Of a stretch of 59,615 nucleotides of DNA, positions 11,991 to 23,849 are shown piece by piece. The stretch spans positions 1 to 59,615 of the forward strand of contig JALAGF010005194.1 of assembly GCA_030167865.1 (NCBI GenBank). The letters are read 5' to 3'. Below the pieces are notes generated by a model, which ran no database searches, was not told the DNA's origin, and saw only the letters and a list, made by a program, of their open reading frames with translations. Both the position numbers and the translations under genes were made by a program. This DNA is from Craspedostauros australis (Eukaryota). Every line of letters starts with the position of its first letter. Positions within the stretch are counted from its first letter, which is position 1.

Positions 11991-14075
11991 TTATCTGCAT
12001 GTCTGCAAGTTGCGTGGGTTCCACACGAAGCCCAGCGAATCGAGCTGCGCCTTGCGCTCGGCGGTGAGGTTGGTCTTCATGCCCTTGACGTAGAGCTTGT
12101 ACTGCCTGCGCTGGCACTTGACCCAGACGGAGAGCTGCGGATTCTCGGGGTAGGTCGAAGGGACGTTGGTGTGACCGTTGTCGCGGCAGAACTGACGGAG
12201 TTCGTGCCATCGCTCCTCCCACGCCGCCTTGTGTGAGTCCCAGACGAAGCCGAGACCCTCCAGGATCTCCTGGCGCTCGTTGGTCATGGTGGAGTGCTTG
12301 CCCTCCTGCTTGAGCTTGTATTGGTACCTCTGGCGCTTGACCCACTGGGCGAGTGGGAGGTTCTTGGCCCAGTTGTGCGGCACGAGGCAGTGCGTGTGCG
12401 TCACGCGGAAGGTCCTGAGTTCGTCGAGGCGCTCCAGCCACATCTCGGACTGGTAGGACCGGAAGCGGAACTTGTTGTCGGTTCCCGCGTCTCCCTTGCT
12501 TTCGCCTCCATTTGGCATGGTCATCGCAGCGGAGGGCGATGTCGCGGCGCTGGATGCAATGAACGTGCTCTGGGTGGACTCGAAGAGACTGCGCTTGTTG
12601 TTGCTGTTGTTGTTGCAGTTCGTGTTTGGCGATGGCATGGATGTGATGGCATCAGCAGAGACATGCGACTGGGGCATGCCCATGCCGAGGTTGTCGGCAC
12701 TATTCACGTGCATGTTCATGCCCATTCCCATGTTCACACCCATGGCGCCCATGGTGTTGACGTTGTTGACATTGACGTTGTTGGCATTGCCATTGAAGGC
12801 ATTGGTGGTGTTGAAAGCCATCATGTTGTCTTCCCCAACGCGTTGCCTCTTGTTGGGCATGCCAGAGCTCTGGTGCAGAGAGGTAGCAAGGTTGGCATCG
12901 ACGTTGTTGTTGTTGTGGTTGTTGCTGTTGTTCATCTGGCCGTTGTTATTGTTATTGCTGTTGTTGTTGCGCTGGAACAAGGTGGGGAAGAGGAGGTCGA
13001 TGGCGGACATCTGGCCGTTGCCTTGAGTCCGGCCGCAACCATCCATGAGGAAGTCCTTTCCGAAGCAATCGTTCTGGAAGAGACCACCTTGCGCGCCGTT
13101 GCTGATCCGCTGCCCGTTGATACCGGCACCGTCATTGGTGTTGTTGTAGTTGAAGTTGAGCAATGGGAGCTCATCGACAATGTTGAGGTTGGATGAGTTG
13201 CCGATGGGTGTGGGGTCGAACATGAGGTTGTTGCTGCTGTTGCTGTTGTTATTGTTGCTGCTTCTGTCGTTGCTGGATGAAGTGGCGGCCTGCCCAGACA
13301 TGGAGGACGGGGCGTTGAAGGCACCGAAGTTTCCATTGTTGGACGTTCGGCCATTGGACTGAAGCGCGGGAGGCGCGGACAGGAGCCCGAAGGAGCCCGT
13401 GAGGTCGTCGGCCGTCGCCGCGGCAACAGAAGTTGCGCCTGCGGTGTTGACACCGTAGAAGTCGTCCTCCAAGACATCTTCCGCGGCTTGGAGGATACCA
13501 TCCAGGTCGTGGAACGTGAGAGGCTGATGACCACCGTTCTGGGCAGAAGCTCCCGCGCCTGCTCTTGCTCCTGATCTGCCAGATGGAGTGGTGGTGAATG
13601 CAGCCGGGAGGGCGCTGCTGCTGCTGGCTCCCATGGCGAAGCTGTTCTGCTGTTGAGACTGCTGCGGTTGTGGCTGGGACAGCATTGACATCATGTTTGC
13701 GCTGCCGTTGATGTTCATGTTGGCCATGTTGTTGTTGTTGCTGCTGTTGTTGTTCAGGTTGGCCATGTTGCCGTGGAGGATGGAGTCGCAGGACACCAGG
13801 TCGGAGGGGAGGCCGCCCATGTTGCCGTTGGTACCGTTGATGGCTGAGCGTGAGGGGGCTCCGTTGGCACCTGCGTTTGCTTGGATTCCGGCCTTGCTCG
13901 TGAATCTGCCAGAGAGGTACTTGGGGCTCATGCCCATGGCGTTGCTGAAGTCGATGCCATTGTTGACATTGGCGTTCATCTGGGAGGTAGAAGGGGCGCC
14001 GTTGCTCATGGTTGTGATGTCGCCTGGTGTGGCGCTTGAGCTGGTGTTGCTGTCTGGCATCATTGTTGAGTCCAT
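11991..14075 (-). CDS. Helicase-associated (HA) domain protein: two C-terminal HA repeats and a long N/M/G/Q-rich disordered N-terminus
   Basis: WLERLDELRTF...HCLVP...LAQWVKRQR...RQEILEGLGFVW and WEERWHELRQF...GHTNVP...LSVWVKCQR...RKAQLDSLGFVW. First ATG is at 14075; the ORF track starts at GTG 14201. Confidence 0.92.
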   Translation of the reverse strand: MDSTMMPDSNTSSSATPGDITTMSNGAPSTSQMNANVNNGIDFSNAMGMSPKYLSGRFTSKAGIQANAGANGAPSRSAINGTNGNMGGLPSDLVSCDSILHGNMANLNNNSSNNNNMANMNINGSANMMSMLSQPQPQQSQQQNSFAMGASSSSALPAAFTTTPSGRSGARAGAGASAQNGGHQPLTFHDLDGILQAAEDVLEDDFYGVNTAGATSVAAATADDLTGSFGLLSAPPALQSNGRTSNNGNFGAFNAPSSMSGQAATSSSNDRSSNNNNSNSSNNLMFDPTPIGNSSNLNIVDELPLLNFNYNNTNDGAGINGQRISNGAQGGLFQNDCFGKDFLMDGCGRTQGNGQMSAIDLLFPTLFQRNNNSNNNNNGQMNNSNNHNNNNVDANLATSLHQSSGMPNKRQRVGEDNMMAFNTTNAFNGNANNVNVNNVNTMGAMGVNMGMGMNMHVNSADNLGMGMPQSHVSADAITSMPSPNTNCNNNSNNKRSLFESTQSTFIASSAATSPSAAMTMPNGGESKGDAGTDNKFRFRSYQSEMWLERLDELRTFRVTHTHCLVPHNWAKNLPLAQWVKRQRYQYKLKQEGKHSTMTNERQEILEGLGFVWDSHKAAWEERWHELRQFCRDNGHTNVPSTYPENPQLSVWVKCQRRQYKLYVKGMKTNLTAERKAQLDSLGFVWNPRNLQTCR

Positions 14076-17000
14076 GTCGTCTGTTCGTTTCGTGCTGGTC
14101 GAGGAACCGGTGTTGTTGTTGTCTTTGTCGTTGGGCTGTCGTCTTTGCTTCCGTCGCAGTTTGTGTTCGAGTTTGTGGATGTGTGGGAGAATGTAGATCA
14201 CTCAGCGTGAAGTGTGCGTTGCCCTGATCTTTGCTTTCTTCACTTGCCTTTTGGTTCGTTTGCGCGCGCTTGTGCTGGTGGTTGGTACTCGTAGAATGCA
14301 GTATTCTCGTTTCTGTTCTGTGTGTGTTTGTGTGGGAGGTACTCGTGGAATTAAGTGGTTTATCTCTCGTTCGTTTTTATGAGTAGCTGGTCAGCTTTTG
14401 TTTTCTCGTCTCTCTCCTTCGCTACGTGCGCGATGTTACACAACAGCCCAAAACGCAACACGCAAGAACCGCCAAGAATGGAGCACAGCAACAGGAACAG
14501 TCGCACCAACGCGGTACCTGGAGAGAATTGCATCCTGCGAACGCTCGCAGTACTCAGTGTGCGCAGATTTTACACAAACTCCCCCCTTCGCTCCACGCGC
14601 GCGTTGTTTGTTGGGCACGTTTTCATCCGGCAGTGCCGCATGCCTCCACAAGAGGCCCTGCGTAAATTCGCCGTAGATATCCTACTGGGGCAATCCCAAT
14701 TTGCAACGTCACAGCGACTTTGCGCTTCTCGCTCGCATTGCAAATGGCGGTAACAGCATGAATGATTGGCTGGTGGGGGCGGTGGGCGACATTCGACTTC
14801 ACTTGACCGAATTTCCCTTTGATTGCGCATCACGGATTCTTCGATGCATCAATGGAGTTCTGGCTGCATGCAACCCTCTGACACCTGCTCGTAGAACTGT
14901 ACAGAATTTCAGTACAATGAAAAGAACACCAAAGTTTACCGCTTAGATATCCTGTTGGGCTTCCGTGGAGCTTTCGCGTCTTTGTTGGGTACAAAAGTGC
15001 AGATGATAAAACTGACACGAACTCGTTGGACTCGGAGAAATGGACAGGGTAAAACGAATCAATTATCCGAGGTTTGTCAGTGGTGCGAACCCTCCAAGCA
15101 TTGGTTGGATGTTCGTATTTGCGGCTTGTTCGTACGCGATTAATTGATTCCTCTGTTCGTTTGGGGAGTTTATCACATCTCCAAATCTTCATCGTCATTG
15201 TGCAGAAGCATGATGCTGGCCACGTCATGATTAGTGCCCCGCAATGGGTCGGCAGTACCAGGATGGAGCTTCGCGCGGCGATCAAGTGTGTGTGTGTGCG
15301 TCATCACAGTTTGTGGGATCTCGTTGCTTCCCTGACGCGTGCGCTCACCAAGGCACGCACAAACATGGGAACTTCGTTGCTCCATCTTGTCGCAACAATA
15401 CGAGTCGGTCAGCGAGCAATACGGTGCAATTGCAGTCGTGGCCGCAGCATGCACTGGCGAGGAGCTTGGTGACAACAACACCAATGCCAACGCCAACAAC
15501 AATCACATTGTGCTCTGTGTGCTCGACAAGGTCTTGCGATGATGTCGAGAGGAGCCACAAACCATTGCCCAGACGCGAACGGGAACACAGCAGCGCCTTC
15601 ACACCTTTCACAATGATACATGCCGATGCGAAGAGGGGAGAAGGCGATGGATGCTGTTGGCTCCAATCCACCTCACGCCACCCAGAGAGCCAACCTCTTG
15701 TGTGACAGAAGGTTCGAGTGTTGCTGGCGCCATCTCACGGTGGTTTGGGCTGCTCCATCTGTACTCCAAGCGCACTTCGGGAGAGCTATTGCGATGCAAG
15801 GCCAATCGCGCGGAGGGACCGAGCGACAATGTTCCACTGACACAAGGTGGCGATGTACGAGGTTTGTTGTGAGTAGGACATTGGAGCGGATGCCTTTGGT
15901 TGTCCTCTCGTGATGCAGGTCTTTTGCTAAACCCATAGCCGGACATTGAGCGCCCAAATCGAAGTACTCCACGCGCGTACGCACGTACCAACACTCCTCT
16001 GCAACACCATCGACAGGAATATGACACCGCCTCCAACGAATCACCCCTGGCGCCAGCGTTGGCGTTGATACACAGACGAATCGAAAGGAACATCCCATCC
16101 AACGTGCTTGTGCTCTGGGCAATGTTGGTCGAATGACGCCGCAAAGAAGACCGTGGGAGCATTCCACGCGCGGAGTTCGACCAAGTGAAACAACCTCACT
16201 GGATCAACACGCCACCATGCGTTGGTTCCATTTGTCATCATTTGCAGGATGGAGGCGCCACATCACAGTTCCGCTGATTGGAATGGCACCAAAACAGCAA
16301 CACCAGTGTGTGTGCCAATACCCTTCACTGAAACATGCAAGCGAGTATAGTAGTGCCATAATACACTTTGCGGCAACGAAGAACAGCAAGTTATGGCTCT
16401 CTCGCAACGCAGTGCCTGTGGTAATGCTCTTGATACACGAGTTCAATCGTCTTTAGCTCAATCCACTTGTATTCCTTTGTGCTGTGCACCATGAAGTCTC
16501 ACGAAGAACACATGTGATCAACTGAACTCCAGCCAGACGTACCCAAAAGGTCGCAACACCAAAAGATCCAAAAGCAACCACTCCTTGGAAATCGCCTAAA
16601 GTATCTGCATGCTTTGACTGTTGCGCGAGTGCGCATGGTACACCATAGACCGTGCCATACCACACCAAAGATGAGGGCAAGTATGAGGATGTGTACCTTG
16701 CCATGGGGCCGATGTGTGAAGCCCAAGGCTCTGCCGGTTTTGGGGAGCAAGGAGAGAAACACGCGCTGCCTCTCATGAACGTCATTGTTTGCAATACCAA
16801 TGCTGCTACTGTTGGGGTGCTTCGAGCGCGCGTTGGACAGCGAGGTTCTGTTCAGATGCCCTTGCGTGTATTTGCAGCTCGGAATTCCCATTTCGTTTGG
16901 GAGTGATCCGCCACTCCTCCCTCCCTCCGAACAAGGTGGGGGCGGAGGAATCAAAGGTCACACAACTCGTCGCGTCATAGCTTTACTGCCAGTAGTCGTA

Positions 17001-19252
17001 GTACGGCGCGAGATATCACTGTTCCGTACGATCTACCATTCGTCTTTGTATGTGTCCCCGTCCCAATTCCTGCATGCAAAATTCGATGGATTTGAATCCA
17101 GAGTGTGCATAACCGCTATAGTAATACTCGTAGAGGAGAGCAGCATACTTCCATCCTGTGGTGCTGACAATACCGTCTCCAATGATGATACCAACCATGG
17201 TCGCGACCAAGATGATCCCGTTCTGGGATCGCGGAAATTCCGATACAAAAAATCAATGACTCAAAAACTGTTGCGGAGGATCCAATTGTTCATCCGCACC
17301 TTCGCGCCACGCACAAGCAGTCATACGAGTAGATCGCACGCGCACAGCACTCCCAACAGTCTCCGTTCCCGCATCCAAATCGCATGTTCGAAACACTACA
17401 CCACCGTGAGGGTGAGAGCGCGATGGGGGCTTGTATGCGACGACCCACGCCACAGTCATGGAGGCATCGATGGCATTGTGGTGCCTCGAGAAGTGTCGCC
17501 ATTAAGATCGCTTCCGTCGCCTCTTCGCGGTCCCCACCTCGCTTCTCACGGCCACGAACTAGTCATGTCTCTATTCACTCGTCCACTCTCCGGTTTGAGC
17601 ATCGTCGGAATCCTTTCCCATTCAAGTGGGATTTGTTCTCTCATTTTGTGGCGTACAACCTGAGACACACGAGGATGACTGTGGCAGTAGGTGAGCAGGA
17701 GGAAAGAAGAAGGACATCAGGGCGCCAGAAACCGAGCTGGAAGGAGACGTGCATCGACGAAAGTGAGGGCGATGGCAGGGGCGGAGGCACAATGGCTGCG
17801 CCGAAAGGGATGGCTTTGGTTGCGGTTGTGGCTCTGTGGCTGTGACGTCAGTTCCCAAGCATACACGATCCCAAGGCGGTACCAGTGCGTATGGGGGAGA
17901 GCAATGGAAGTGTTGCGGTTCAAAGCCTGCCCAGGAGAGGCAGGCTACTCTGCATGCTCGTACAAGGACAACACTTTGGATCGCTTCGTGATGTTTCTGA
18001 AGATCAAGATTAGAATGGAGTGCAGAACAGAGATGGATGAGCTTTGGCGGCATCGGCCAACCGGACCAAAACTCGAGGATGATGTTCACACTTTGGTTTG
18101 TTCGTGATGCGTTTGGCGATGTGTTCTTCCCCCATGTTGGCGCCTTTCATCCATTGTCCATCTTTGGCGATCAAAGGACCGAACGAGATGATGCCCATCA
18201 TTGTGGATTCTTGCGAATCGGTCTCTTCGCTTGTGCGTGCGATGCACTCGTCCGTGTTGACGTCGCACGCGTACGTACGAGCTAGCACATCTCTGGTTCT
18301 GTTTCTGACTTACTCGTATTCGTACATTCAAGGACAACAGCGACACAGATAGGGGAGTATGAGTGTTGTGAAGCAAGTTCGATGGCTGTGATCTTGATGT
18401 ATCGTTCGTTTTCCCGAACTCTGCTTTCTGCAACTCGCATTCCTGTGTCTTCGACTGGCATCTCTCTTCCTTGGTTTGACGCTGTCACATGTTTTATCTC
18501 TCGCCTGAGGAGGCCGCGGTGTGGAGAATCCCACATCTTCTTTGAAGCAAAGTTTACGAATACCGCACGTCAGAGGTTTGAGAGATCAACCAGAAACGTT
18601 CAACGATTGAGGTATCTTTGCGAATAGTGTGTCCTTCCTTTGTTGGACAGAATCTTGGTTTCAATGAGTCACCGATAAGTCTGTCATGCGTCCGTGATAT
18701 GGTTAGGACAAAGTCTAAGAATGTAACTTAGAACGATGTCGTACTCACAACGCCACTTGCTCTCAAGAAGCAACAAAGCTCCTGGAGTACTCTGATGATA
18801 CCTACCTGCATAAGGATGCATTAGACTGACAAAGTATATCACGGGCACTCTACTCAAATCTACTCTACTCTGTGTGTGTCGACACTCTCAAGGTCCAGCC
18901 AATCTGCAATTTGAAACGAAAATAGCGTACGGTAGCGTTGCACAATGAAGAATGGGGAATCGATTGCAATTGATGCTCGATTTCGCATGATTCCGCATAG
19001 GGCGGAGCAGATCCAGCAAGAACAAAGCATACCAGAACATGCACTCTACCTAACATACATAGAGTATGGTAGAGCGGAGCCTCGTGTGCAGGGAGAGTCC
19101 TTTCTGCAGAGATGTCGAGCTGTTGTATGATATAATATAATAGTAGCATTCGCAATCTTTGTTGTGTGGTCATTCTGAAATAGCAAGGGTACTCGTATGA
19201 AACCCAAGACGAAACCATGCACTTCAATTGCCACTTGGTCTTCTTCTTCTCT

Positions 19253-19894
19253 CTAGACGCCGTTGACCGTGAGAGGATCCACAATCGGCTCAGCGGTCTG
19301 AATGAATGTCTCAAGAGTCGCGCAGGCCGTTTTGAAGGCTTCTGCGATGCCCTCCTGCAAATCCTTGCGCCCACGGATGGTCTGCCCTGTCAGGGAGTCC
19401 ACCCTTTCCAGGTTGAAAATGAAGGTGGCGTAGAGGGACTGCAGCTCAGGGACGTCGTCGTCGTAGCCCTTGGTGATGGTCGAGAGGTTCTTTCGGATCT
19501 CGCCCAACGGCGACGTGCGCAGACCGTCCTTGAGCTGCGCGTAATCCTCGAGGTAAACGACGGCCTCGAGCTTGTTGAGCTGCTTGGATGCTCGCTTGAC
19601 GGAACGCAGTGATGCTGGGCTTTTGAGGCGGTAGGTGAGTTCATCGGCGCGTGCCGCAGTTGGGTGTGAGATGAGTGCTGCCGCCGCTGCCGTTGCGACG
19701 GAACGATTGAAGAATGCCCGTCTTGTGGATACCGATTGTTGTTTTGCTTCGGCAAGTGTCTGCGCGCTTGACTCAGTTGACGCCGATCGCGATGTCGACG
19801 ATGGCTGGAAAGCGAGAGCTTCAGCTGTGCTGCTGATCGTGAAGACGAGCAACACAGCCATCACCAGCTGCATCATTCTGTTGTTTCCGGACAT
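19253..19894 (-). CDS. Plastid thylakoid-lumen protein (signal + transit + Tat peptide); helical mature domain, possibly PsbQ/TL16-like
   Basis: MMQLVMAVLLVFTISSTAEALA-FQP (ASAF-like), twin-arginine STRRAFF, hydrophobic VATAAAAALI, AxA cleavage ARA-DE, then about 130 aa of amphipathic helices. The family call is tentative. Confidence 0.8.
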   Translation of the reverse strand: MSGNNRMMQLVMAVLLVFTISSTAEALAFQPSSTSRSASTESSAQTLAEAKQQSVSTRRAFFNRSVATAAAAALISHPTAARADELTYRLKSPASLRSVKRASKQLNKLEAVVYLEDYAQLKDGLRTSPLGEIRKNLSTITKGYDDDVPELQSLYATFIFNLERVDSLTGQTIRGRKDLQEGIAEAFKTACATLETFIQTAEPIVDPLTVNGV

Positions 19895-20550
19895 GCTGGT
19901 AGTCAACGTGGTTGCGGCCTCTTCAGCTGGAATAGAACGGTATAACACTATGCTCTGTGGAGCAATGGAGTCGTCAATTGGTGATGTGTTTGTGTCTGTT
20001 GCGATTGTTGTGGATGGTGTCAATGCTGATGTGGGAAGCAACACAGATGAGATGAAAACTGAAACGATCGGAGGATCGTTGTGATGAGTTGGCATTTGTG
20101 TGATGGCGCCGACCACCACATCAAAAATGACGGTGGTGATGGCGATGATGGCGATGACGATGGCGACTTGATGGGTTGTTGAATCACGAATGAGAGATCG
20201 TTCAAGAGTGATGAAATGGGAGCACATTTCAACACAAGGGGGCGAAATTTATTTCGGTTGTCGTGACATGGGATGAAAACAAACAGAGAGTTCGGACTCA
20301 AGGACACGCGCTATCCAAAACTCACGAACCGCCTCCCCCATCACCTCTGCGGGACAAAGAGAAGCATCGGCAGTCGCGATCTTTGAACATCATACGCTCC
20401 ACTCGTCCAACCCATCATACGAACACGATCGTAAGAACACGATCATACTCTCACACTTGCGACTACTCTGCATGCCAATACTCCGCACATACGACGAAGG
20501 ACAGCAACAAGGTATACATACCAATAAAGTATAGTACTACTACAGCAACA

Positions 20551-21441
20551 ATGAAGATCCAAGTTTTCGCCGTCGCAGCCGCATCGTTGTTGGCATCCGC
20601 CGATGCGTGGGCAACTCCACGAGCAACCAGCGTGGCTCACAGTGACTTGCTGTCGCAAAGAGCCTCAACTTCAAGTGGAAAGATCGCGCCCCTCGCCGCG
20701 TCCTTCGATCCGCTCAATTTGGCCGAATCCACAGAGAACGATGGCACTGGCACTGACATCGGCATTAATGCCATCACGCAACGCAACCCCGCCATCTCCC
20801 CGGCGATGATGGCCGCGGTGGTGCTGGGCACACCCGGCATGGCCACAGCCGCGACCGCCTTCGCCCCCAACGCAGTCGGCGCCGCGCTGGCCGCCTACGG
20901 ACACTACATCAGCATCCTGGGCCTCGTGGCCTGCACCGTGATCGAGCGCTTCACGATCAAGCCCAACATGTCGGAGGAGGACGAGACGGTGGCCGTCATC
21001 GCGGACGTCGGACTCGGCGTGTGGGGCGCCTTGATGGCATACACGGGGTACTTGCGCGCGACGCAGTACGAGAAGGGTTTCGCATTCTACTCGCACGAAC
21101 CCATCTTCTGGCTCAAGATCACCTTCGTGGCCATCTACGGCGCCGCGACGTTCTTCAACACGGTGACGTTGGTGAAGCGTGGGATCGACAAGTCGAATGG
21201 TACGCTGGAACCCATGAGCGAGGAATTGGCCGAACGCATGATCCGTCTGTGCAATGCCGAGTTGACGGCTCTGGCCATCATCCCATTGACCGCCACTTTC
21301 GTGGCCCGCGGTATCGGGTACAGCAACGATCTGCCGTGGCAGCCGTTGGCGGGTTTTGCCGCCGTGGCCTTCCTCGGTGCAGGATTCAAGTACATCAAGG
21401 AAGCGTTGGACTTTGAGAACAAGCCTGCTATTTCGGAGTAG
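20551..21441 (+). CDS. Plastid-targeted DUF2214-like membrane protein
   Basis: ATG at 20551 (acaATG), signal peptide ending ADA-W. Core ALAAYGHY...ERF...AD...TGYLRA..YEKGFAFYSHEPIFWLKI matches the DUF2214 pattern as recalled. Several TM helices. Confidence 0.8.
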   Translation: MKIQVFAVAAASLLASADAWATPRATSVAHSDLLSQRASTSSGKIAPLAASFDPLNLAESTENDGTGTDIGINAITQRNPAISPAMMAAVVLGTPGMATAATAFAPNAVGAALAAYGHYISILGLVACTVIERFTIKPNMSEEDETVAVIADVGLGVWGALMAYTGYLRATQYEKGFAFYSHEPIFWLKITFVAIYGAATFFNTVTLVKRGIDKSNGTLEPMSEELAERMIRLCNAELTALAIIPLTATFVARGIGYSNDLPWQPLAGFAAVAFLGAGFKYIKEALDFENKPAISE

Positions 21442-22288
21442 ACGCAGATGTGGAAGCAGTAGTGGAGCTGTGGAGAATGTGCGACATTGAGAATGTGCCA
21501 GAGAAGAGATACGATAAGCGCTCAATCGTATTACTCTTTTCTCTCTCTCTCTCTCTCTCTCAAGAGTATAGTGGTATGGTGTTGGTGCACGCATCAGGTT
21601 TGGACGAAGACGCAATTGGAAATGTTGCGATCGGTGAACTGAATAACTCTACTCTATACTCAATGTGTAGCCTCCCCAATTGAACCAAATCGCCGAGGAG
21701 GATGAATTGTTCCACAAACCACGACTGGATCGATGGTCACGTCAGTCACGATGATTGTTTTGTTGACCACGTCAGTCTGTTTGACAGATTCAACTATCTG
21801 CCGAATCGAAAAGAAAGAGAGAGTGAAGAAAAGACGACAGTGACTGGTGTCGATCACACACAAATGCGATGTGGAGAATTGCGTGTTTTGTTGTGCTGAT
21901 GATGGAGAAACCGAAAAGACACCAACCACCAAGCAAGCACACTTTGTGACAACAGCTGTCAACCAGTCGTCAGGAGGTTGGTGCAACACCGCTCACAAGA
22001 GAGTCAAGGAGAATCACAAGAGAGAGAGAGTGAAGTGAAGTGAAGTTGGAGTCAAACACAAGACAACCCACAAAGATCGATCATTCACAAGAAGACCAGA
22101 GTGGAAGAAGGAATTGCCAAACTTGCGCAGAAGAAGCAATCGTGAACATCAACAACACCCATCTGAGTCAAGTTCTTCCTCATTTCTCTGCAGGACGAGT
22201 GCTGGAGTCATCGTCATTGCCACCACCTTGCCATCAATCATTGCTCATAATCCAAGCAATCTCCCAATACAAAACTCAAGCATCTTTC

Positions 22289-22332
22289 AGCACATTCCAA
22301 GCACATTCCAAGCACATTCCAAGCACATTCCA
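22289..22332. repeat. 11-bp tandem repeat (AGCACATTCCA)x4 just upstream of the 22395 gene
   Basis: Four perfect copies read directly. Confidence 0.92.
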
Positions 22333-22394
22333 AACACTATTCAAATACTGAACTCGATCCCAGCATCAACAGTAACATCATCATCAACAACAAC

Positions 22395-23217
22395 ATGAAG
22401 TTCCACATCATCGAACTGGCCATGGCCATGACCATCAGCCTGACATCCACCGTGGATGCCTTCTCCGTCCTTCCACAGCAGCAGGCCACTAGCCCATCCC
22501 TGCAGCAGCCATCCCCAACCTCCTCCTTCACGGCGTTGATGGCATCCTCCGATGACAAGGAATGGTCATCATTCGGAACATCTTCCACATTGGAACGACC
22601 CAAGGAAGTTGCGGCGACAACGCCAGCGACCACCACGAATGGAGTTGCAGCAGCAGCAGTTGCCGAAGAAGAAACGAAGGAACTCTCCAAGACGGAGCAG
22701 ATGATGCAGCAGGTCAAGGATGCTGGATTGGCAGGTGTCATTTCGTACGCCATCTGGGAGCTGGGATTCTGGGCCATCTCCGTTCCGGTTTGCGCCCTTG
22801 GGTATTACCAAGTCACGGGGTACGTGCGAGGTTCCTCGTATTGCGGCTGTTACTGTTCCAATGCGATACCATGTGTATGCGTTCTCGTGAATTCTGCAAG
22901 TGGCTTTGTCCTCACCTCTGTACCCTACTCACCATCTATTTCTTTTCTCGTTCTCCACCCATGACTTGATGCTGACATGTGATGGAATGGAATGTTTCAA
23001 TGCAATGGATCCCGTCACCTTGCATCGCATCCACAGACACTGGCCAGACTTGACCAACTCAGATGACCAGGCCAAGCTGGGTGCCGAAGCATTCGCATTT
23101 GTCAACTTTGCACGATTTGCCGTCCCACTGCGTATCGGCCTTGCCTTGAGCACAACGCCATGGATGCAGACCAACGTCGTTGATAAGTTCCTCACCAAGG
23201 ATGAGGATAAGCAGTAA
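22395..23217 (+). CDS. Plastid-targeted small membrane protein, 2 exons (22395-22819, 23037-23217), 201 aa; possibly DUF1279/FAM210-like
   Basis: caacATG start, signal ending VDA-F. Intron 22820-23036 (GTACGT...CACAG) joins YYQVTG-HWPD in frame. Hydrophobic segments AGVISYAIWELGFW and FAVPLRIGLAL. Confidence 0.85.
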
Positions 23218-23849
23218 AAGGAGTGCAGCAACCTTGTTTATTTGTCGAACGCAGATGGCAGATCAGCGTGCACCTCGGTACAACAGAACGGAATACAATG
23301 CAGCCAAGTCGGAGTCGATCGTCGGTTGCTGCGACGTGCGAATTGGATCATGTCTTCGATTGCAACGGCGGGAAAACAATTACATGAAATTACATCACAT
23401 CAAAGAAGAATCGATGCTTTGCCTGCACAAATCGGGAACTCGACAGCAATGCCATGACATACTCAACAAACAACAAGCAAAGATTGCATGGGCGCAGGAT
23501 GTTGCCAAAGAGAAGTTTGGCAAGGCGGTGCCGCTGTCGTCGTCGTTGTTTTCGACAGGAGAGGCTTCGCCATCTGCTTCCTTGCACTTGACTTGTCCAC
23601 ATCTAAACGTATCAGTACAGGGCACGGTGCGGGCAGGCAAAGCTATCGTGGAGTAGAATAACGAGATCATTAGGATCAACAAGTTGAGACAGCATCGTGT
23701 GTACTCCGGTGAACAATCACGCCACTTTCTCTCTATCCGCAATCTTCAGCAGAGTATAGTAGTATCCAGTCTGTCCATGCGCAATCCGCTCCAAAATCCC
23801 ATTTGATTTCATGGTGCTCCAGGAGCGTCCTGCTTCACACCATGCCATG

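Noticed and set aside
12294..13196. 300-aa V/L-rich plus-strand ORF that looks like a membrane protein
   Set aside because: Reverse complement of the AAC-rich low-complexity region of the HA gene.
14300..19200. ORFs including 16785-17663 (292 aa)
   Set aside because: No coding signature or domain; treated as intergenic, though weak genes cannot be excluded.
20671..21615. 314-aa minus-strand ORF
   Set aside because: Antisense to the DUF2214-like gene and runs through a CT microsatellite.
21883..21922. CTGATGA...GAAA hammerhead-like core with a possible flanking stem
   Set aside because: No room for stem I, and stem II lacks its closing base pair.
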